The notes beneath the pieces are model-generated. The model had not been told where the DNA came from. It saw nothing but the letters and a program-made list of their open reading frames with translations, and made no database searches. 64,000 nucleotides of DNA from Raillietiella orientalis (Eukaryota): assembly GCA_036172245.1 (NCBI GenBank), contig JAYWIR010000018.1, positions 2,170,001-2,234,000 of the forward strand. The letters run 5' to 3'. Below are positions 41,329 through 53,408 of the stretch, in pieces. A program made the translations under genes and the position numbers. Each line of letters opens with the position of its first letter. The first letter of the stretch is position 1.

Positions 41329-44300
41329 AGTTTGCAACTTATCCTTTGACCATTGCTTCCATGGATGTTTCGTTCCTCCTCATCAAAAGGCCGAGGAACG
41401 ACCTCAAGAGGAAAGGAAAACCATTGCAAGCGGGGAGGAAGTAGTGGGTGAGATGGAATCTGGGGCATCACGAGTGCAACCGGAAGGCGGGGGATGGGGG
41501 GTTCTGCAGGAATGCGCAGGCCAGCACCTCTTCTGAAAGCAGAGGATAGGATGAAGCGGGACTTGTGGCTTGTAATGCTTTCCTTTTCCGATTTGGGGAA
41601 CTCTGGTTTTCTTCGACAGGAAACATCGCCTCTGGGCAAGGGTCTAAGGCTGCGGCGGCGATGGCAGAGGGTCAGTCTGAGGCCACTGGGTCGGCGGCGG
41701 GAACATAGAGGGCTCCCGTGGAAAGTTTCTCATAAAAAGTGACCCTTGGAAACCACCCTCACTGGTTTGAGTCCTCGTGGAAGCTGCCGCATGCAGACAG
41801 GAGCGAATGGAAAGATCGGAGGAAAATCTCGAAGGCGGCGAATCAGCAGGAATGAAGATACTGACAGCAATGTTCTCTCAACACCAGCAGTGCACACATT
41901 CGAGTTCTGAGCTGCGCGTGTTCACAAGAGAACGCAGCTCCGAGCATGCTGTCCTCATCACGAAGCGCCGAGTTTTGCGCCTGATGGGGAAATGAAGGAT
42001 GCCGAGGATTACGTACACAAGAGGAGAGTATTGCACGCGGGGCTGCCGCCGTTTGCGAATTTCGTGGGCGTAGGTGCCGAGGGAGCAAAATGACTGTGGC
42101 ACAGCTCCAGCTCAATTGAAGGAGAGCTCCCAACTTCAGCTTTCTTATCCAAACATCCCGAGACTCATTCCGGAATTCCGAGCGCGACCGACCTTTGTTT
42201 TGTCGTCTCTGCTCCTTCCTATGACCTCTAGTCAGCTTTTCGCTACGCTCGTTCAGCACCGGACAGGAGCTGCAGTGACGGATTGCCTATGGGATTGCAG
42301 CTGGAGGGATATTGGAAGCAACTCTTCGTTGCCGGTTAGAATTGGGTATGGTGCTGAAACATTGCTTCGAAACTTAGGTACCTTTAACCCTTTTTTTTTT
42401 TTTTCTGACGACATCGACCGCAATCCTCAACTTCCTGTTGCCTGTAATTAGCAATCCGAGCATTCGCCCCAGCTTGCTCCGCTCCCCTTCTAGGAATTTC
42501 ATATCTCCTCTTTCCCGCTTTGGCTTCTCTGATCTCTGCTTTCCTTGCAATCCGCTCTTGTTCTTCTCTCAAGCTCATGCCATGGTCCTTCTGTCACCAT
42601 CCGAGGTTTGCTCCTATCTTCAAATTTTTAGGAGGATGGCGAACCCACAACTGTCAATAGATCATAGGGGCACGATGGAATGGCCATTATATCAGGCCAC
42701 ACGCATCTTTCTTCATAATCTCAAATGTTCCGGAGAAGCATCCATCATCTCTCGATTTTTCGGATGCAGAGGTGTGGAAGATAACGCTGCTGAGGGGAAG
42801 ATCTTCACTTCACGGTCGATTTGCCCATCCCAGGAGGTTTCTGGATGACTTTCCAGCCTCCTTTTCTCTCGCAGAGCTCAGGGTGGAGATGCTGACGTTG
42901 CCCTTCTCGCGGGTAATCCCGCTGTTGCTGGTGCAACTCCAGCGCACGCACGTCCTCAGACCTCACAGCGCATCTCGTCAGTCCACCCGTCGAACTGGCT
43001 GCTCAGACGGCGCTTGAGGGCGTGCAGCAGGGCGATTGGTGCGTTCGTGGACCCCACCATCTTTTCAGATTATGCATGAAAAAAATTCGCGAGGCCATCC
43101 TTGCGTCCAAACGGACAGCCGGTACCGACTGCTGCATTCTGCGTTCTTGTGCGCTCACCATTCACCATTCGCCCTCATTGCAGGGGGCGAGCCATCGAGC
43201 TGAGGTGGATGCATACTGAAGGGACCCGTCGACGACAGCAGGAAGGACTCGTCACCAGGAAGCCCTTTCCTTCTGAGTACGCCTCAGGCCAAGTTTTGGT
43301 GGATGTCAAAGCCTGTCCCCATATTCCCATCCCCTCCCTGCAGGATACATGCCTCCAATCAAGTAAACTTCAGTCACGAGACCCCGGACGGCCAGCCTAG
43401 ATCGTCATTCGTTTTCGTCAGGGTACGAGGGCTGGCAGGGGAGATTGAGTTGGTCGGGGAAGGAAGGGGCGTCGTGAGGGAGTCTCGAATTCTTTTCCCG
43501 GACCTTCCCTTCGGAGAGCCCTGGAGAGGACGTTCTTCCGACGCCAACTCTCTCTCCTCAAGTCCGCACGTCCCACAGTACGTGGAGGAGGAGCGGACCC
43601 CCTTTGGGGTCATTCATCTGAGAGCACGTGCGTGCGTCTCCCCTCCTTCAACGAGCAGCGGTTCCTACGGCCATGAGAAATCTTTGCCCCGGGATTTTCC
43701 TATGCTCTCCTCCTTCGCCTTCCGTGACCAGGGGCATCCGCTCTCTGTCTGCTGCCGCTCTGCGTGGGCGGAGGGTTCTCTTTAAGGGGCTCGGCTTCCA
43801 AAAAGGACCCTGGAAGGAAACCCTGGAAGCGCAGAGGGTTCCCTGAGCACCATCGACCCGTTTGCCCACTCCGTTCGGCTTCCCGGAAAACGAGGATGCG
43901 CGACCTCCTGGAGACTGGATGAGCGCGGCTGCGGCGGCGTCCACCTCCTGCCGCGCCATATTTCCGTTAACCTCGGAAGCTGCCGAGGCCGCCTCGGTAA
44001 GCACCGCGTTTTCCCTCTGCAGGGCAGGTTTCCCGGAGCGATCATCTCTGGAGAGATCCCTCTCCCTCCCTGATGTTCTTCCACATTCTCTTTCCGGGAC
44101 GCACCTCTCCGCATGTCCTTTACCCGAAAATGCCTTCCTCTCCCCTCCAAGAGTCCAAATGGTACCCCGAGATTTTCCTACGCTCTCCTCCCTTCCTTGA
44201 TCAGAAACCTCCCTTTCAGCTCCCTTCAGTCCGCGTTGTGCAAGGCTTGCAGGTATGACAAGCAGAGGATTGGGTTTATGTGTGCCCTGAAGAGCGACGC

Positions 44301-44999
44301 GAAGCAACGGCACCATTGTCTCCTGGGGAGAGGAGTCCACTTCCTCATATGAGGTGTCTTGGAAGATGTGTTGGCTGATGTGGTTCAACCTTGGTGGTTA
44401 AACCACATCGGCAGCGGGATTTTCTTCTATCAGGAAAACAAGCAAACGACAAGGATGGGGTGTCTGGATGGGACTCTGAAAAGAACTGAAGGAGTCGCGA
44501 CAATCCCTATCTATCCTTCCCAACTCCCCTCGTCTAGTGTGCCAGCCCTCATCCTGAAGAGGATGAAAGACAGCTCGAGATTGGCACCTTGACCTCTATC
44601 TTCCGGCGTTCCGCCCTCGCCTCGACGAAAAGTCCGAAAAACGAGCTTTGGAGGAAAGACAGAAGACAGGAGACTGGGAGGAAGTGTGTGGACATCGCAA
44701 CAGAAGAGGACGCAGGGAGAAGACGGAAGTGGGAGTCCCTGTAGAAACAGTATTGTACACGCATGTTGGTACAGTGCGTTGCTTCCTCTGCTTCGAGCAC
44801 TTTTACTGCACAGCATGAGTCACCGATATGCAGCATCTTTGCACTGCCCTCTTGCTGTCGGAAAACACTTCTAATCGATGATTTCCAGATGGCTGAGTCG
44901 GGAGGGAACGGAACCGAACCACTTCGCCGCTCGCGGGAGCGTGGTGGTCACGCTGTTTCCTGCATGAGGCTAGGGCGCCTGTGTTATTTCACGAGCCGC

Positions 45000-47900
45000 C
45001 ATCGTCAAGCGGCATCCTTCCTGCATGTACCTCTGTTAAGAAGCAAGAATAATTCGCACGGTTTCTTTGAGCAGTTGGGTAGCTGGACCTCACCGGTTGA
45101 TTCACCTGAAGGATTTCAGAAATTCCTCTTTGATTCACAAGCATCTGTGTTGCGGTTGCCTCGACTCATCCCACGCACTCCTTCTACATCCAAAAACGGA
45201 TTTTCTAAACTCACTGGGAATCCACTCTTATATTTCCCACATGCAGCACCTGCACTCCTGACAGGGATTCGTTCCTCTTGCCACGAAACGTCTGAATCTT
45301 TTCTCCGTCTGAACCCTTGAAATCTTTTCGCAAGAAACTCGACATCTTTCCCACGATGTTCGGAAAACGCCACAGCAGCCCTTTCTACATAGAAAGGGAA
45401 AATCCAATCCAGGCGTGTTGCACTTGCACTCAAGCAAGGACGGACACTGACGGAAACGAAACCTATCTTGCTCGGGCGCTGGTACCAAGAGCAGGTTCAG
45501 CACATTGCAGCTGGTGCCCCCAGAACTCTGAAGGAAACTCTTCCGTAGCACAGGATCTTGAAGAAGTTATCCGCTTCCGTTTTGTTCTCGATGAGTGATT
45601 GCCTAACCAGATTTCGAAAACTTCAGCTCGACAGACAAAAGAATCGCGGGTGGCCTTCCAGTTCCAAACTCAACGGCATCTTCCATTTCTTGTGCTGGTT
45701 TAAGAACCCGTTTCATCTCAGCAAAGGCTGCTCGCCTATGTTGCAGCAAGTACTTCCATGCAGGTTCCCTGCTGCAGATTTGAGCACCTCACGAAACTGA
45801 GTGGAAGATTTTTTTTTCACCTTTCTCATCGAAGCGTTTCGATTGCGAGCACTGCTTTTCTCACTTATGATTCCCTGCTTGACTTTCTCGTCCATTCTCT
45901 GTGAATACAAGCTTTCTTCTCGCTTGTTTTCAGAAGACTGCCATCTGCTTTTTAATGAAGATGGTTTCGTTGGGTTAAGCCATATTTGTTTAGTGCTCTG
46001 TCATCTCATTTTTCATCCGACAAATAACGCGCAATCCCGTCACATACAGAATTGTGACTTTGGATTCTCGCTGTTCACCGTCTTCATTCGCAGGTCATTT
46101 ACTGAGTGAATGTCTGTGATGCAGGCTTCTGTTTCCGCTTCCACGTGGGGTCGTTGCTCCCCCAGTCTATATACTTGCCTATTAAGGCTGACATCAGGCC
46201 TCTCGAGCTGTTAGCCAGCTTTGCTTAGACTCTGTGTGCCTCATAAGGACATTCGTCCCGTTTCCTGGTGAGATGCCAGAGTTGTAGAGCATCCAAGTCC
46301 TCCAAGACTTGGTGCAGCGAATCCCTCTTCCTTCTTTCTCTCGTGGGCGGCATGAAACTGCCGAGAACCCGTTTGCTTTCTTTCCAGAGGATCTTCCGTT
46401 GAACTTGCCCCACTTCCATCTTTGTTTTTTCGTCCAGTCGGCAGAAGGCCGCTCCAAAGAGCACCTTGGGAAGAACTCCATTCCACAAGTCGGTCCTCTG
46501 TTTCATGCTGAAATGCGCGCGGATGTAATTCGTTGCTTCTCCTCTAGCTTGCCCCAGGATTTCTATCAACAGCATTTGCAAAGCTGAGGCTTCCCCGATG
46601 CGTATTCCTCGGTACTTAATTTCATCCACCACTCGGAAACCCTTTTCCGTTAACGTGGAAAGATCCAAAATTCCAATGGGCAGCAGCTGGGACTTCTGGC
46701 ATTGATTTTCAGGCCTAGCCCTTTTTAAATTGATCTAACCACTTCCAGAAACGGGTCCTTCTCGTCCTTCAGGAATAAGAGAGAAGATCGTCTGCATGTG
46801 CTACACTGGTCAGACTGTTGTCTCCGATTGTGAGTCCTCGGAGGAAGACTTTTTGGTAGACGATCGACAACACAGCTTCCATATAAATGGCGAACAGCAT
46901 CGGACTCAGAGAGTCTCGTTGGCGGACACCCCTTGGATTGCCTCCGTCTCATGTCCCTTAATTCGGATTTTGAAGTACGCGTTTCTGAGGGCCATTTGCA
47001 CATATCTCCACCAGGTACTGTGGGACGTTCATCTTCTCCAAGATTCATAGCAGCATCCCGTGGTCAACACTGTCGAATGCCTTTTCCATGTCCGTGAAGA
47101 TTAGCACCAGGTTGTCACCGACGTACTGGGTGAGGCCAATGGTGGGCCTGGGCACACTTCACGTTATAAGACGTGCGCCGTCCAGCCATGGAGCACGTCT
47201 GGGTCGCAGAAATCAAGGAAGGTCGAACCTCCTTCAGGCAGTTGGTTCAGATCTTTGCTAGCCGTTTGGTATCCGTATTCAAGATGTTTTCAAAAAAGTC
47301 ACGCAGCGACTTTCTTGAGATCGCCACTTTCCAGCGGTGTCCGCATCCTGCTTTCGTGGAATGACTCCGGGCTTTCCTTCTTCTCGAATTTTGAAGGTTC
47401 GTAAAACAGGCGCAGGTAGACGTGCAGGTGCGTAGTGAGAGATGGGAACACTGTCGGCGTCTTCCGCATCTTTACACAGTTCTGCGAACATTTCCTTGGC
47501 TTCCTCGAGAGAGATGTCCGCGTTCAGTTCTTCTTTCTGTGTTTGCTGCAGAAGTCTCAGGATTGCTTGCTGCTCCATCGGGCACAAATCTTGACGTTGG
47601 GAGAAGGTGACGTAATGGTCTTGGAACGCCTCCGTGATCCCTTCTTGAGTGTGCCGAACTTCTTACCCAAATTCTGTTGCAAAGACATCGGTTGCAATAA
47701 TTTTCTTTTCCAGTGTATCCATCTTCCCTTTTACTTTGCGGAATACGTACCGCCTTTCGTACTGCTCCCGGTATCTTGAGAGGAAGCGATCTTCGATGCT
47801 GAGCTCCCTGTGCGCTTCCTGCATCCAAACTGCAAATTGCACAAGACGAGAGGATCATATGCTTCGGCTGTCCCAATCATTGACTCAGTGGATGGTGGTG

Positions 47901-50560
47901 TCCCACAGGGTCGTTTCGACGAGTTGCTGGTGGCTGGGGAATGTTTCTAACCAGGCAGGCATGCTGAGGAGAGCTGCCCTTGTGACTGTTTGTTTTTCAG
48001 GGTTCGTGGTTTTCAGGGTGAACCGCACCAGGGAATGGTACGACAGCAGGGTCTGCGTGTCGCAGAATCCTTGAATGCGGTTGACAAGTTCTTGACTGTA
48101 AGGACGTGATCGATCTGTTTGTGGCAAGCTGTTAGCCATAGCAGTCCGACGAGTTCGGATCCACGATGTCCATCATACAGAATTCAGCTACCAGTACCTC
48201 ATCAACACAGCAACCAGCCTGGCGATCATCTACAATGACGTGTCCGTCCTGGAGAACCATCGCCTCTCCCTCGCGCTCAGGATGATGCAGAAGGAACCCG
48301 AGTGTAGCATACTGGTCAATTTCAGTCAGCGGGACCGCTACAAGATGCAGAAGACGATCTTCGACATGGTGCTCACCATGGACATGTCGAGGCACACGGA
48401 TCTGTTAGCCCAGGTTGCCAGCATGATAGACTCCAAGAAGCAGGAGATTCATCGCCACGTAGGCCGATAAGACGTCCTGCCTCGAGCATCGGGGAGCTAG
48501 GGGATGGTATCTGGGGCTCAAAGTCACCCATGACGAGGACCATGTCTTTCGATGTGGCCTTGCTGAGCAGAAGGCTCTGCACTGCCTCTACACACTGGTC
48601 TCAGTGGTTTGTACACGTTCACCAGGTAAAGATGAATGCTTTCGGACCAGGACATGCGAAGTCCAACGATACGACCGGTCATGGAGAAAAGGTTTCCAGG
48701 ATGGTGTGCGCAAGCTCGTTCTTCAGGGGATCGCTAGCCCCTTCGTTTTCCTTTCTCCCGGGCTCACGAACAGCTGGCTGTTGCTCTACCTCTAGACAGA
48801 TTTGTTGTCCTGTCTCGTGGGTTTCCTACAGGCATAAAATCTCATGATACTGGATGGTGTGCGTGATACGTCCTCTTTTCTCCTGGTTCGCCATCCCGTT
48901 GATGTTCCAGGAAGCAATTTTAATGCTCCTGGCGAATGACAGGAAGGAGGCCATCAGGGATTATTGGACAGATTTGGTTTTTTTTTTCTGCTTGGGAGGG
49001 GTCCACTGTTTGCACCCAACAGCTTTTCCGTCTCCAACGTCACTTTCGGTCTCGGCAAAGTTGATGCTATCGTCGCTGGTCTTTTCCTTCTCTTGAGCTA
49101 GACGGGAAACCCGTATTATTTTTCTTGAGGGTGTTACTGACTGTTGGTTGGTCTGGACGCATTTGGCTTTCGTCATATTTGGGGCATCCTCCACCTGCAG
49201 TCTTAAACTGTTATGCACTGTCGTGCCTTGTATTTTGTTCTGGAGTGTGGACATTCTGAGCAGAGCCTCTCTTTGCACTTCTTCCGTGTTGTCCGGACGA
49301 GTCGCTGTGGCGAGTGTAACTGCTTTCTTTTCTCATTCTATTGACTGTTCCTTTTCCTTAGTAGCGTCGTTATCCATCGGTTCTACTGAAGGTGGAGGAA
49401 GCTCTTCTTTTGTCAGCTTCCTTTTATTTTTCTGTTTCTTTTTCTTCAGAGTTTCAACATCGTCAAGTTCGCTCTCCCCGGTTGTGGTCTCTTCTTGATG
49501 TTTTTGCTCCTGTGTTCTTGTATACTGCAGGCAGCGAGGGTAGTCCTTTTGGAACTGGCCGCGCCGAGAGCTTCCTGTGCTCTCGTTTGGTACGTTCAGA
49601 TACTTGCGGCGGTGGCACTTTGGAGGTTTTGTGCAGTCTCGAATGAAGTGACCATGCTGGTCACACTTGAAACGGCGAGCCTTTGGGCAAGTGCCGATAC
49701 GAGGATCAAATTCTTTGCAAGCTGCGCAGAAGGTGGGCTGCAGCCGGTATCTTACCTGCACATTTTGCGAGTGTGCGTCGATGCGCAGCTCTCCTCGGAT
49801 CTTTGCATCTTCGAACAATCAGATGCGGGTCACTGCTTCTTTCCACGACCTTCTGAACCTCGACATACTAGGAGAAAAAGTCCCAGATGTCCTTCTGGTT
49901 ATTGAAAGCACTAATTCCCGTTAGGTAGTGCTAATGGATACTTCACCCATTCCTCGCAGCGGTCTGCCATTCAGGACGATGCCTCGCCGATGAGCGTCTC
50001 CTGCAGGGTCTCATCATTTTTATATATAGTAAAGCCGATCATAGGAGGGGACGATGGTTTTGATTTTTGTAAATTCTACACCCCTGTTTCGGAACGCGAA
50101 ATATATGTCGCGGACGTTTGCGAGACGTAGCCGTCCTGTTTTAAAGGTCACCACCACCTTGATTTCGCCTCCCATATTCCAAACAGGCTTCTTCACCCGT
50201 TGTATTTCGAAAGTGCAGGGTTTGGTTGTCCACGCCATAGTCGGCGCTGCCATAGCCGCGTAGGAGAGGGACGTTGCTGCCGCTGGTGCTGCGAGCGATG
50301 GCAGTATCATCATTGCCGACGCTGGAACCTCTTTCGAGGTCAACGGTTGGCACCTCCACGGACGAAGTGTTTGCTGTGCACTGCCCAGTGCTTGGTAGTG
50401 CCGCTTCCCCTACTTCCAGATGGCGTACGGCTATGGAGTGATGGCTGGGTCGTTCCTCGATGTAATGGCCTCTATTTCTCATGCCGTCCTTCCTTCGACA
50501 TGGGTTGGCTGATTGTGATGACGCGGGAACCTCTCGCTACTTTTCCGGTACCGTGAGCAC
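45000..50560 (-). mobile_element. Near full-length degenerate Tx1/L1-clade non-LTR retrotransposon (gag-like ORF1 + APE-RT ORF2)
   Basis: ORF1 knuckles YRLQPTFCAACKE...FKCDQHGHFIRDC, with ORF1 stop at 48961. ORF2 ATG at 48954: MASFLSFARSIKIASWNINGM...ILCL*ETH, then VMGDF, QIDHVL and LSYHSLV (EN). RT: LIFTDMEKAFDSVDH (~47060-47105), VAHADDLL (~46790), IKYRGI (~46610). Cys-rich C-terminus ~45420. Confidence 0.85.
48159..48446 (+). pseudogene. Fragment of a class I cyclic-nucleotide phosphodiesterase catalytic domain (PDE4/dunce-like), embedded antisense in the retrotransposon
   Basis: Open frame IHDVHHTEFSYQYLINTATSLAIIYNDVSVLENHRLSLALRMMQKEPECSILVNFSQRDRYKMQKTIFDMVLTMDMSRHTDLLAQVASMIDSKK aligns by eye to PDE4 IHDVDHPG.SNQFLIN..SELALMYNDESVLENHHL...DMVLATDMSKH..LLADLKTMVETKK. 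Confidence 0.85.
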
Positions 50561-50624
50561 AATGCGCGCGAAGCCAGATAAGTGTTGTCTTCGGCAATTG
50601 TCCCCAAATCCGACAAGCGGAAGC

Positions 50625-51250
50625 GTGAATTTATTTGCATTCTTTTAGATAACTACAACTTAAACAAACACAACGAAAAATTTCATTCGCCTGCACACTA
50701 TACTACTCGCATTTTTTTCCATGGTGGATAGGGAATAATTTCAACTGTATGGACGTAATCGTCTATTTTCTTTAAAATGTATCGATACGTCCAGGCTGGT
50801 ATCCATCCGCAATTCCCAATCCCCATTTCTTTTTGTATAAGTCTCTTGAGGATTTCCACGGACAGTGTTCCTCGCTGGAGTTTTTGCATCTTTGCTCTTC
50901 TTATCACAACTGCTGTGATAAAGAGGGCAAGCCTGGTTCGAACTATCGGGTTGTACAGGGATACGTTTCCGTTGCCCTGAAACAAGCCCTCCAGAATCTC
51001 GATCTTCTTGCTTCTCTGCAGGCCGGTCACCGTCTTCACCTCCTGCCAATCAGGTCGAAGTGTGGGGCAGGTGAACAGGGGGAACTGCGTTCCTTCGGCT
51101 CCACATGCCTTGCAGAGTCCATCTTGGATATTCCCGGTCCAGTGTCGAAGTCTGGAGCTACTCAGGATCCCTCCGTGACAGAACAATAGGAGGTCATTCT
51201 GGGTGTCTGGGCGAAGGTCACTCCACCAAAGTGCATCTCCAACCGCTTGC
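50625..51250 (-). mobile_element. 3' end (zf-RVT) of another L1/Tx1-like element
   Basis: ORF 50698-51186: HGGILSSSRLRHW...LCKACGAEGTQFPLFTCP; AATAAA on the minus strand at ~50633. Confidence 0.7.
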
Positions 51251-52489
51251 AGGTTTGCATGTGGGCATCTTAGCGGCTTGAAGATGCATCGAGGGCATCA
51301 CCATTTTGATATTTCTTCATGATTTCCTCTTTCATGTTGGCTTTGGTCATCAGCAGACATACTTGATGTAGCAGCTGTATTGTTTTTAGTATGCGCGAAG
51401 AGCTGCTGCAAGGCAGATGCCACCAATATTTATGAGTGCTCTGTTTCATTTGAAATTCAATCGTTTGCCTTAAAGCTGTTCAAGTCTTAGAGGCGCGTGA
51501 ATGAAAGATCTAGAAAGTTTTCGCCCTTTGTGCTAATGAGCTAGAGTTTTGTAGGGGTTTTCCATGTCACAACAGAAATTGTTTTCTGCTTTTTTTCTTC
51601 TTTGCAAAAATTATTTGGAATAAAATTTCGCATGCTCGTTCCAGTCCCCGGAGTCCGTTCTATCTCTTTATCCCCCCCTGGGATTTCCCGTTCAAGTATT
51701 CTCAAGATCTAAAAATCATGGTGCAGCTACCTCAAGAACCGTAGTGGAACAAAGATTGATTCGAACACCATCGAAAGAAGGATGCAATTTACGAAGGATG
51801 GGAGAGAAACTTCTTTGTCCATGCCCATCCTCCACCAAGCTATTATCTAATGAGCGTCCCTCGACAGCAAAACAAGAAAGAGACATGCAGATCTCGGCAT
51901 GGCGACATTCAGATCGTTGTCGATTGTAAATGGAATATCACAGTGCTACAAGAAGCTTCCAGTAAATTATGGCTATTAGAAGAAAAGTAGATTATGGAGA
52001 CAGAAATCAGAAGACTCCAGAATCTTCTAGACGTAGCTCCTATAATGTGCAATTTATTATGAGTGGACACGTATTTCCCTTACATCATAAAGTGCATCAT
52101 CACAAACGATGTAAAGGCGGCTGACGAAGTTGTGTGCTGGAAACTTACGATATGGATGGATGTTCCTTGGTTATTCCTTGTGCCTGTCTTTGTTTGTTTT
52201 AAAATCGGTGAGGGGGGATTCAAGGACTGGAGTCGACCGAAACTTAAAACATGATTTCTTGAAGACGAACTTTATGATTACGTTAGGCTGAGTGCAACAC
52301 AATACAAATGCTCTCGTATACACAAACATACAGATGTTAATGTAAAATCCGAAATTTACCTACCTTAGCCAAGTAGCAAATTAACTTATCGATTTGCTAC
52401 CTGCATAAACTTATTCTGAATTATAAGCAAGTTTCCGCCCACTTCCAAACTATCAATTATATATATCTATATATCTACATCGACATCGA

Positions 52490-53408
52490 CGAGGCGTATC
52501 TCAAAAGTAAGAGCCGATCGGATGTAAAGAAAGAACAAATAAGAGAAACAAAAACGTATTGGTGGTCCGAAACACATACATCCCCGTGTCATTCTTCTAC
52601 GTGGTCGCCATCTTTTCTCCAAGCACTTTTGATATCATCGAAGAAGCTTTTTGAAAGCTCCTGCATGGAATTCCACCGCCTAGCAGTTCAGCCAGTCCAG
52701 CAGCAGCACTGCGCTTTTCCACTCCTTCCTTTCCCCCTCGAATCGTTGAGCCACTCCTTGAGGTGGAGGAAGACGTGGTGGTCACTGGGGGAGAGGTCAG
52801 GGCCGAGTGATCAAAAAGTCCCCATTTGAATTTCTGGATTTTCTGGACAGCAGTGTGTGGGCGCGCGTTGTGTGGGCGCGAAGGAGAATTCCTGATCTCA
52901 GCATTCCACGTCGTCGGTTCCGCTGGACGGCACGCCGCAGTGTTGAAAGTGTTTTTCGCAGTAGGCTTGCGAGGTGGTGGTTGTTCCGGGCTCCGTAAAG
53001 TCCACCCTCCGAAAGCGCACCCTTCGGTCCCACACACTGCCCTGTCCTCACATTCCAGACAATTTGGAAATTCAAATGGGGACTTTTTGATCACTCGGCC
53101 CTGACCTCGCCCCCAGTGACCACCACGTCTTCCTCCACCTCAAGGAGTGGCTCAACGATTCGAGGGGGAAAGGGAGGAGTGGAAAAGCGCAGTGCTGCTG
53201 GACTGGCTGAACTGCTAGGCGGTGGAATTCCATGCAGGAGCTTTCAAAAAGCTTCTTCGATGATATCAAAAGTGCTTGGAGAAAAGATGGCGACCACGTA
53301 GAAGAATGACACGGGGATGTATGTGTTTCGGACCACCAATACGTTTTTGTTTCTCTTATTTGTTCTTTCTTTACATCCGATCCACCCTTACTTTCGAAAT
53401 GAGCCTCG
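52490..53408. mobile_element. Mariner-derived fold-back element: two transposase 3' halves joined head-to-head
   Basis: Minus strand: VDFTEPGTTTSQAYCE / TLSTLRRAVQRNRRRGMLRSGILL / HNARPHTA...FKW. The arms carry the PDLAPSD-type motif (PDLAPSDHHVFLHLKEWL in the right arm) and KCLEKDGDHVEE*. TIR-like ends CGAGGCGTATCTCAAAAGTAAG and CTTACTTTCGAAATGAGCCTCG; (TACATC)n-like repeats on both flanks. Confidence 0.9.
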
